NCBI GenBank assembly: GCA_028692765.1
Contig: JAQUWT010000005.1
Location: 1 to 60,956 of the forward strand
Reading direction: 5' to 3'
DNA length: 60,956 bases
Origin: Patescibacteria group bacterium
Lineage (GTDB): Bacteria; Patescibacteriota; Patescibacteriia; Patescibacteriales; UBA12465
The translations under genes were made by a program, and so were the position numbers. Positions 29,350 through 36,712 of the stretch are shown here, piece after piece. Below the pieces are notes generated by a model, which had not been told where the DNA came from, did not search any database, and worked only from the letters and a program-made list of their open reading frames with translations. Every line of letters begins with the position of its first letter. Positions within the stretch are counted from its first letter, which is position 1.

Positions 29350-31029
29350 TTAAGCCTGGCAAGATTGGCAATTTTGCAAATCTTTCAAGCGCCCAAACTG
29401 CTGGGCGGCATTGACGCTGTGCTGGTAATAGAGAGTCTTGATGCCGAGCTGCCAAGCATACATGTATAAAGCATTGACTTCTTTCACGGGCACGGCGGGA
29501 TTAATCGCCAGATTCAATGACTGGCCTTGGTCGATATATTGCTGGCGCGCGGCCGCTTGCTCGATGACTATCTTCTGATTGATTTCCTGGAAAGTTTTGA
29601 AAACTTCTTTCTCTTCCAAGGACAAAAATTCCAAATGCTGGACCGAACCGTCATTGTCGCGGATGCTATGCCAGACTTCTTTGGAATTCTGACCCTTCTC
29701 GGCCAATAATTTTTCCAGCTGCTTATTCTTAATCGTCACTTTCATCTTATCAATATCTTTTACATAGCAATTCGACCAAATCGGCTCGATGCTTTGGGAA
29801 ACCTGCCCCAAGATAAAGGCAGAGGAAGTAGTGGGGGCGATGGCCATTAAAGTCGTATTGCGGCGGCCATAGCCTTTCAATACTTCCGGTTCGCCGTATT
29901 CGGCCGCCATCTTTTTCGAAGCTGCTTCCGCTTGTTCGCGGATGTCCTTAAATATAGCGACATTAAGACGGGCACTTTCCTTCCCCTCCCAAGGCAGCAT
30001 CTTGCTCTGCAACAGCGAATGCCAGCCTAAAACCCCCAGACCCAAAGCGCGATTGGCGACGGCAAAATTATAGGCGCGCTCCATAAAGCTGAAAGATTGG
30101 CGCTTTCTGGCATCGCCGCTGTCGCGTAAAGCTTCCAAGCGGCTAATAAAATCACTCATCACCGCGTCCAAGAAATATACCAAAGTTTCGACGGCATCCG
30201 TATCTTTCCATTCATCGTAATGTAAGAGATTTAAAGAAGACAAATCACAGACGAAAGACCACTCTTCGTTGGAGGGCAATAAAATTTCCGAGCAGAGATT
30301 ACTAGCCTTAATCTTCAAGCCTTTATCTTTATAGACATCGACCGTATTATTATTGACCGTATCGGTAAAGAAAATATAGGGATAGCCCATCTGGCTGCGG
30401 CGCTGTAAAACTTTGGCCCACAAAGCTCTTTTATCCGCATCGCCGGCTTCCATCGCTTTCATCCAGGCATCGGTCACGGTTACACCGTAAGTCATTTCTT
30501 GAATCGGATTGCCTTCCGTGCCGATGTTTAAAAATTCGTCGGCATCGGGATGCTCCAAGGGCAGATAAGGGGCGAAGTGGCCTCTTCTGACCGAACCCTG
30601 GCTGACGACATTGACCAAAGTTTCAAAGAGCTGCATAAAATGAACCGCTCCGGAAGAATGGCCGTTATCCTTAATCGGCGCGCCGCGATGGCGCAAATCG
30701 CCGAAATAGCCGGCCGTGCCGCCGCCATATTTGCTCATCATCCCCACCTCCGCCTGCGTAAAGAGAATCTGCCCCATATCGTCGCCCAAATATGAAGAAA
30801 AACAGCTGATAGGAAAACCTTTGGACAGGCCGAAATTCGACCAAATCGGCGAAGCCAGGGAATAATAGCCGCGCGCCATGTAGTCATAGAATTTATCGGC
30901 AAAACCGGGTTTATTTAAAATCTTTTCCGCCGTCTCGGCGATATCCCGAATCCGCTGCTCAGCGCTAAGACCGGGATTAAGATAGCCCTTAGCCAAAAAA
31001 GAGCGGGAGTATTCATTTAACCATTGCAT
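29350..31029 (-). CDS. nrdA: Class I ribonucleotide reductase alpha subunit, short form without an ATP-cone
   Basis: The NLCSEI active-site cysteine region and C-terminal redox cysteines (CQSCQA) are present. The 559 aa protein starts directly in the catalytic core. Confidence 0.85.
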   Translation of the reverse strand: MQWLNEYSRSFLAKGYLNPGLSAEQRIRDIAETAEKILNKPGFADKFYDYMARGYYSLASPIWSNFGLSKGFPISCFSSYLGDDMGQILFTQAEVGMMSKYGGGTAGYFGDLRHRGAPIKDNGHSSGAVHFMQLFETLVNVVSQGSVRRGHFAPYLPLEHPDADEFLNIGTEGNPIQEMTYGVTVTDAWMKAMEAGDADKRALWAKVLQRRSQMGYPYIFFTDTVNNNTVDVYKDKGLKIKASNLCSEILLPSNEEWSFVCDLSSLNLLHYDEWKDTDAVETLVYFLDAVMSDFISRLEALRDSGDARKRQSFSFMERAYNFAVANRALGLGVLGWHSLLQSKMLPWEGKESARLNVAIFKDIREQAEAASKKMAAEYGEPEVLKGYGRRNTTLMAIAPTTSSAFILGQVSQSIEPIWSNCYVKDIDKMKVTIKNKQLEKLLAEKGQNSKEVWHSIRDNDGSVQHLEFLSLEEKEVFKTFQEINQKIVIEQAAARQQYIDQGQSLNLAINPAVPVKEVNALYMYAWQLGIKTLYYQHSVNAAQQFGRLKDLQNCQSCQA

Positions 31030-31073
31030 AATATTTTATAAATAATTAATTAGAAAATAGACATATCATCAAT

Positions 31074-32369
31074 CTAAAAGAGATCGTCGCCAGTAATGCT
31101 CTGGCTGCGCTTATTATAATTAATCGAGCGCTTGACGAAAAAATCTCCGTGCTTGGTGGTCACGATTTCTTCATCGAACCATTCCGTTTCTTCCAATAAC
31201 TTTTCATCGACCGGAAAAATCCTTTCCAAGCCGATGCTGTCTAGCGAATTGTTCAAGCGGTTCTTGATAAATTCGATAATGACAGCCTTGGGTAAAAATT
31301 CCAATTCTCCGGCATCCAGAATCCAATCAAGCACTTTCTTTTCCGAATCGAAGGCGACGCGGCAAGCCTGGATAATCTTTTCTTTAAAACTGTCGTCAAA
31401 CCATTCCGGATGTTCGGCTTTAATCAGATTAATCACCTCGATGCCGAACATGCCGTGGATTTGCTCTTCCTTGGAGGTCGCTTCGACGGCGTTGGAAATG
31501 CCTTTAAATAAATTCTTATGCTTATTGAAGGACATCATTATCAGGAATTGGGAAAACAAAGAAACGTGCTCGATAAACAAAGAGAAAAGCAGAATGGCCA
31601 AAGCGTATTCTTTGTTATCTTCGCTCTTGGCGGTGCTGATTGAATATTCAAGATATTCCACCCGCTCCATTAGAACCGGCATTTCCTTAATGCGGGCAAA
31701 TTCCTCATTCAGGCCGAGGATTTCCAAAAGATGGGAATAGGCATCCATGTGCCGCACTTCGCTTTCGGCAAAAGTGAAGCCGACCGCGGCGATTTCCGGC
31801 TTCGGCATCTTCTTGTAAATATCCCCCCAGAAAGCTTTAACCGCCACCTCTATCTGAGCGATAGCCAGCATTGAATGCTGGATGGCTTGGCGCTCGACCG
31901 GAGTGACCCTGGTCTTAAAATCCTGAATATCGCTCAGATAATTAAATTCCGTATGTATCCAATAGGAATGGCGAATAGCGCTGACGTATTCGTACAGCTC
32001 CGGATATTCGTAAGGTTTGAGATTAGTCCGCTTCTTAAAAATATCGCGGCGGCGCATCGCCGAGCGCTTGTCGCGATAAAGGATATAGGCCTTGGCGGCC
32101 TCTTTGAAGGGGCTAGCCATCAAAGCTTGTTCGGCCAAATCCTGAATTTTTTCGACACTAAGATGGCCGCCTTCAATAACGGCCGCCTCGGCGCGCGCGG
32201 CCACTTGCGACGCCAAAAAGGAAGCGTCGTTTTCTTCTCCCTGCCCGGCGGCGGTCAGAGCCTTGCCGATGGCAACAGCGATTTTTGCTTCATCGAAAGC
32301 GACGACGCTGCCGTCTCTTTTCTGCACGGAAAAAGAATATTTCCGCTGATTGTCTTTTATTTCATCCAT
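31074..32369 (-). CDS. nrdB: Class I ribonucleotide reductase beta (radical-generating) subunit with an N-terminal ATP-cone
   Basis: Residues about 12-100 carry the ATP-cone signature (VQKRDGSVVAFDEAKI..VEKIQDLAEQAL..AYILYRDKR). A ferritin-like R2 core follows, with IAQIE, ESEVRHMDAY (ExxH + Tyr), IEH and EEQIHG ligand motifs. Confidence 0.85.
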   Translation of the reverse strand: MDEIKDNQRKYSFSVQKRDGSVVAFDEAKIAVAIGKALTAAGQGEENDASFLASQVAARAEAAVIEGGHLSVEKIQDLAEQALMASPFKEAAKAYILYRDKRSAMRRRDIFKKRTNLKPYEYPELYEYVSAIRHSYWIHTEFNYLSDIQDFKTRVTPVERQAIQHSMLAIAQIEVAVKAFWGDIYKKMPKPEIAAVGFTFAESEVRHMDAYSHLLEILGLNEEFARIKEMPVLMERVEYLEYSISTAKSEDNKEYALAILLFSLFIEHVSLFSQFLIMMSFNKHKNLFKGISNAVEATSKEEQIHGMFGIEVINLIKAEHPEWFDDSFKEKIIQACRVAFDSEKKVLDWILDAGELEFLPKAVIIEFIKNRLNNSLDSIGLERIFPVDEKLLEETEWFDEEIVTTKHGDFFVKRSINYNKRSQSITGDDLF

Positions 32370-32398
32370 AAAAATAAAAATCTTTTAATAAATACATA

Positions 32399-32417
32399 TA
32401 ACTACATATAGAGTAGT
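32399..32417. promoter_or_regulatory. NrdR-box-like palindrome 1
   Basis: ACTAC-ATATAGA-GTAGT inverted repeat. The 16-mer TAACTACATATAGAGT resembles the acaCwAtATaTwGtgt consensus. It lies just downstream of the predicted -10. Confidence 0.55.
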
Positions 32418-32428
32418 AATTAATGATT

Positions 32429-32457
32429 ATTATACTATATATTGTATTCACTCGCAA
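32429..32457 (-). promoter_or_regulatory. Sigma70-type promoter of the nrd operon
   Basis: The minus strand reads TTGCGA-N17-TATAAT, about 60 nt upstream of the nrdB ATG. Confidence 0.6.
32432..32447. promoter_or_regulatory. NrdR-box-like palindrome 2
   Basis: ATACTATATATTGTAT is a 14/16 self-complementary match to the NrdR box consensus. It sits between the -35 and -10 elements. Confidence 0.65.
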
Positions 32458-32480
32458 GCACGAAAAAATAAGGCAAAAAT

Positions 32481-32508
32481 AAAAAAACGGACGCCATGCT
32501 AGCGTCCG
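32481..32508 (-). terminator. Rho-independent terminator after hpf
   Basis: On the minus strand, CGGACGC-TAGCATG-GCGTCCG is followed by T7. Confidence 0.75.
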
Positions 32509-32539
32509 CTTCCTACTTATCCCCAGAAAAATTATTTTT

Positions 32540-32863
32540 TTATTTCCCGCGCTTCTGATCGCGCAGCTTCTCGCGGTGGCTGATAATGATTTCTTCCAAA
32601 TGATCTTTTACCTTATCAATCGCCTTATATAAATCGGTTTCGGTCTTCTCTACCCTTAAAATTTCGCGGGGAATCTGCAAATTTATTTCCGCTCGGAAAA
32701 TCTCGCCCTTATTCTGGCCGCCGACTGATTTTTCCAATTCCATATCGCAATTGATAACCGGGGTATCGCCCAGATATTTCTCCAACATATCCGCTTTTGC
32801 CTGAGCATAATCGCGAATAGCATCCGTTAATTCCAAATGAGTGGTCTTGAGATTAATCTTCAT
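32540..32863 (-). CDS. hpf: Ribosome hibernation-promoting factor / RaiA family (short form)
   Basis: MKINLKTTHLELTDAIRDYA start and an S30AE-family pattern; 107 aa. Confidence 0.85.
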   Translation of the reverse strand: MKINLKTTHLELTDAIRDYAQAKADMLEKYLGDTPVINCDMELEKSVGGQNKGEIFRAEINLQIPREILRVEKTETDLYKAIDKVKDHLEEIIISHREKLRDQKRGK

Positions 32864-32890
32864 ATATTTATATATTAATTAATTGTCTTC

Positions 32891-34033
32891 TTAAAATAAA
32901 CGCACAATATCCTTATAAGTGACCACAACGATTAAAGCAATCAGTATCCAAAAGCCGATAGTGTGTATCCAGGCTTCCACCGACTGCTTCACCGGCTTGC
33001 CCTTCAGCTTTTCAATCGCAACAAAGAGGATGCGCCCGCCGTCAAGCGCCGGAAAAGGCAGAATATTGATTAAAGCCAAATTTAAAGATAAAAGTGCCAT
33101 AAACTGTAGAAGATAAGTAAAACCGAGGCTGGCGACTTGTCCGGTTAAAGTGGCAATACCGACCGGACCGGCTACCTGGCCGCTCACGCCGGCACCGACA
33201 AACAAGTCCCTAATCAAAGTAGCAAAAGCGACGATAATTGCCCAAAACATCCAGCCGGTAGCCTTGAAGCCTTCCCAAATAGCGATAAAGAAGGGGTAGC
33301 GGATTTTACCGGAAGCATAAATAGATACGCCGATTCCCGGCTTACCGGTACTGGTAATAATTTCCGGCGTAATCGATATATGCTTTTCTTCATCTCCGCT
33401 TTTAATCAAAAAATCAGTCGCCAAGCCATTATTTTCCGCCACCAATGCCTGTAAATTCTCGTTGCTTGAAAGCTCCTGGCCGTTAACGGCCATAATAATA
33501 TCCCCGGATTGGAGGCCGGCCGCCGCCGCCGGCGATTGCGGCAGAGCTTCCATGACCCAAACTTGCGCTTGAGTAATACGCGCCGAAGGTCCAGCCTCAT
33601 CCAAAGATTGAGGCAGTCCGAACATATAGCCAAGAGATAGAAGAAAAAAGGCTAGCACGATATTCATGATGACGCCGGCTGCTAAAATTAAGGCGCGCTT
33701 CCACAAAGATTTGGCGGCAAAGCTGTCTTTTTCCTGCTTGCCGTCGCCATTTTCCCCCTTGATTCTGACAAAACCGCCAATCGGCAGCCAATTCAAGGAA
33801 TAAACGGTGCCGGCCGGCTCCTGTTCAAGAGGTAATTCCTCCAAAGATTTGTTACCCCAAAAATGCCGACGCTTGCCTTGCTTGTCCTTATAAAAACCGA
33901 AAGCCCGCGGCGGAAAGCCGAAACCGAATTCTTCGGCCTTGACGCCCAATTTCCGCGCCGTCCAAAAATGGCCGAGTTCATGTACAAAAACCAGCACGGA
34001 AAGGACTAATATAAAAATAAGAGCTGTAATCAT
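32891..34033 (-). CDS. rseP: M50 site-2 protease RseP/RasP
   Basis: HELGHF at the N-terminus, a central PDZ region (GLQSGDIIMAVNG) and the NILPFPALDGG motif. Confidence 0.9.
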   Translation of the reverse strand: MITALIFILVLSVLVFVHELGHFWTARKLGVKAEEFGFGFPPRAFGFYKDKQGKRRHFWGNKSLEELPLEQEPAGTVYSLNWLPIGGFVRIKGENGDGKQEKDSFAAKSLWKRALILAAGVIMNIVLAFFLLSLGYMFGLPQSLDEAGPSARITQAQVWVMEALPQSPAAAAGLQSGDIIMAVNGQELSSNENLQALVAENNGLATDFLIKSGDEEKHISITPEIITSTGKPGIGVSIYASGKIRYPFFIAIWEGFKATGWMFWAIIVAFATLIRDLFVGAGVSGQVAGPVGIATLTGQVASLGFTYLLQFMALLSLNLALINILPFPALDGGRILFVAIEKLKGKPVKQSVEAWIHTIGFWILIALIVVVTYKDIVRLF

Positions 34034-34042
34034 AATAAAAAA

Positions 34043-34597
34043 TTAGATTTCCATAATATCTTTTTCCCGGCGGTCGCGCGCCTCCTTAATTTCCTCATTC
34101 TTCCTAGCGACAAATTCATCCAATTCTTTCATCGCCCGGAATTTTTCATCTTCCGATATTTCTTTATCCGTTTCCGCCTGTTCAATCTTAGTCTTCACTT
34201 CCTCCCTGAGCTGGCGCAAAGAAATTCTGGTTTTTTCCATTTTTTCATTCAACTTTTTGACAGTATCGCGGCGATTCTCTTCCGTTAAAGAAGGCACGGA
34301 TAAGCGAATCTTATCGCCTTCATTAACTACGCCCAGACCGAGGTCGGCTTCAATAATGGCTTTTTCTATCGCTTTGGACACCCCCTTGTCCCAAGGGGAG
34401 ACGGTGATACTGCGGGCATCGGCCACGGCGATATTAGCCACGGCATTAAGAGGGTTCATAACGCCGTAGGCTTCAACTTGGATGCCGTCTAAAACCGCGG
34501 GATTGGCCCGGCCAGTGCGCAAAGTAGTGATATCGCGCTTGAAAAAATCTGTAATATCTTCAAAATCAGCTTGTTTATCCGTTAAAAAAATATTCAT
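34043..34597 (-). CDS. frr: Ribosome recycling factor
   Basis: TLRTGRANPAVLDGIQVEAYG and LTEENRRDTVK motifs; 184 aa. Confidence 0.95.
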   Translation of the reverse strand: MNIFLTDKQADFEDITDFFKRDITTLRTGRANPAVLDGIQVEAYGVMNPLNAVANIAVADARSITVSPWDKGVSKAIEKAIIEADLGLGVVNEGDKIRLSVPSLTEENRRDTVKKLNEKMEKTRISLRQLREEVKTKIEQAETDKEISEDEKFRAMKELDEFVARKNEEIKEARDRREKDIMEI

Positions 34598-34610
34598 AAA
34601 GTTAAATTAA

Positions 34611-35723
34611 TTATTGTAATTTTTTAGTGCCCAAATAAATAATACTGGGGTTATTGCGATCAACGAGCAAATCCCAACCGGCGCGAGAAGTACTCAGCTT
34701 CTTCGTGGTCCAAGTTACGCCGCCGTCGCCGGAGCTGAAGAAAGTAGTATTGGTTACATAATAAATTTCGTCGGAATTTTGCGGATTGACGGCAACAGCG
34801 TTAATAATAGCGTCTTTCTCCGGAGTAATCAACTTGATATTTTCCCAAGTCATGCCTTTGTCGGGCGAACGGACAATCGCTTTTTCGGAAGCCAAAAATA
34901 GAGAGCCGTCGGCGGCGCAAGTGACAATATCGCGGAAATTAGAACCAAGATTAAAATCTTTCAGGATGCTGCCGAGGTCGGTCCAATTTTCCACGGCAAA
35001 ATTCCTATCAATAGCCGCCGAATCGGCAGCGTCAGTTACGGTGTTGGAATTGAAGCTGTAAATATTGTTCTTCGCCGTGGCGACAAAAATAAGGCGGCTG
35101 TCCTGAGGAGAAACAATCAGACGGGCAATGCTTTCATTCAGGCGCTGAATCGTCCGCCAGGAAGAGCCCTGGTCAATGCTTTTAATGATATCGCCGCGGG
35201 AAGTACCGATATAAATATTATTGTTATTATAATAATCGACCGCGATGGCAGTCACGCCCACGCCGGGATTGTTATCGTAATAAGTTTGCTGCCAAGAACG
35301 CCCGCAGTCATTGGAACGATAGAGACGATTAGTAATAGCTGCATATAAAGTGCACTTGACTTTCGGATCAACTTTAACATCGTTAATCGTCCCCTGCCCC
35401 AAACTTTTAGCTTCGTTCCAGCCATTATTGATATTATAGGTATAATACAAACCTTTGCCGACCGTTCCAAAATAGACCGCGCCGCTATCTTGCGGATCAG
35501 CCGTTAAAACACTGGTATCGACGCCGCCCAGATTACGCGGCTGGCCGGTAATGGTGGGCACGAGCGCCATCTGCTTCCAAGTCTTGCCTTTATCCATGCT
35601 CAGCCAAACGCCGCCGTCGGAATTGGAATTGGTGGAGACGCCGTCGGAGCCGATTGATAGGGTGCAAGCGGAAGTTAAAGCTGCAACCGCGATAAGAAGG
35701 ATGAAGATTTTTAGATAACGCAT
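34611..35723 (-). CDS. Lipoprotein with BNR/Asp-box repeats (beta-propeller, Ycf48-like)
   Basis: Lipobox LTSAC. Five SxDxGxxW-type Asp-boxes are present (SMDKGKTW, SNDCGRSW, SIDQGSSW, SPDKGMTW, SGDGGVTW). Confidence 0.75.
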   Translation of the reverse strand: MRYLKIFILLIAVAALTSACTLSIGSDGVSTNSNSDGGVWLSMDKGKTWKQMALVPTITGQPRNLGGVDTSVLTADPQDSGAVYFGTVGKGLYYTYNINNGWNEAKSLGQGTINDVKVDPKVKCTLYAAITNRLYRSNDCGRSWQQTYYDNNPGVGVTAIAVDYYNNNNIYIGTSRGDIIKSIDQGSSWRTIQRLNESIARLIVSPQDSRLIFVATAKNNIYSFNSNTVTDAADSAAIDRNFAVENWTDLGSILKDFNLGSNFRDIVTCAADGSLFLASEKAIVRSPDKGMTWENIKLITPEKDAIINAVAVNPQNSDEIYYVTNTTFFSSGDGGVTWTTKKLSTSRAGWDLLVDRNNPSIIYLGTKKLQ

Positions 35724-35727
35724 AAAG

Positions 35728-36708
35728 TTAAAAATAAATAGCTAAGCTTTCTAAGATATTTTTAGGATTGACCGACCCTTGAAGATAGCGGCGGGCTTGA
35801 ACAAGCTGCCTTAAGCGGTCAAGGACCGATTCCGCCGATAAGTTAAAATTGCTTTGCCACGACTCCGCAAGAGAGGGATAGCGCAGATATTCTTCCTGCC
35901 CCAAGGAAAGCAGCAAAGCGTCGCGCCATAAACTCTCCCAGATATCCAGCCACAAAGACGCATCTTCGACGCTAAGCTTGTCGCCGCCACTCTCCCGGTT
36001 GATAAAATCTAAACGGGAAGCTAAATCAGATTTTAAAAAAGTAAAAAGCTGATTGACTAGTTGAAAATAATCGTGATAAGAATCTTGATTTTCCGCCCAA
36101 TGCAAGGCCTGCAAAGGCCTGCCTAAAGAAGCGGCCGCCAATTCTTTGGCTGTCGAACGCTTGATATCAAGACTGGCCAGAAGATAGTCGTAGACGGCGG
36201 CGCTTTTTACCGGCTGAAAATAAAGGACTTGGCTGCGAGAAATAATCGTAGGCAAGAGCGACTCCAGCTTCTCGGTTAATAGAATAATGACCACCTGGGT
36301 CCGCGGCTCCTCCAGAGTCTTCAATAAAGCGCTCTGCGATTCGGCGGATAAAGTCTCCGCTTCCTTAACAATACCTATCTTATAGGAATTCATAAAAGAA
36401 CTGAGTCCGAGGCGTTTGATAAAATTCCGAGTCGCCTCCACGCCTATCGCCTGCTTGTCGGCATCCTTTTCCAGAATATATAAATCGCTGTTCAAACTTT
36501 CAAAATTACCGCTAGCGTCACTGCGGCGATCAGATTGCCATAGATTACGGGCAAAAGCTAAAGCCAAGCTGGATTTGCCTAAATCTCTTGGTCCGGCAAA
36601 AATATAAGTTTGCGCCAATTTACCGGAAATTAGGCTCTTGTCCAAGAAAGCGACCGCCTTATCCTGGCCAATCGGCGGCCAATCAAATCTGTCTTTAGTA
36701 TCGGCCAT
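35728..36708 (-). CDS. holB: DNA polymerase III delta-prime subunit
   Basis: AAA+ clamp-loader pattern: YIFAGPRDLGKSS, LLKTLEEP and SRSQVLYF (sensor); 326 aa. Confidence 0.8.
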   Translation of the reverse strand: MADTKDRFDWPPIGQDKAVAFLDKSLISGKLAQTYIFAGPRDLGKSSLALAFARNLWQSDRRSDASGNFESLNSDLYILEKDADKQAIGVEATRNFIKRLGLSSFMNSYKIGIVKEAETLSAESQSALLKTLEEPRTQVVIILLTEKLESLLPTIISRSQVLYFQPVKSAAVYDYLLASLDIKRSTAKELAAASLGRPLQALHWAENQDSYHDYFQLVNQLFTFLKSDLASRLDFINRESGGDKLSVEDASLWLDIWESLWRDALLLSLGQEEYLRYPSLAESWQSNFNLSAESVLDRLRQLVQARRYLQGSVNPKNILESLAIYF

Positions 36709-36712
36709 AAAA

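Noticed and set aside
29231-29455. 74-aa ORF spanning the secA-nrdA spacer
   Set aside because: It overlaps the 3' end of nrdA and the nrd terminator hairpin. It has no motif and sits in a different frame from a well-supported gene.
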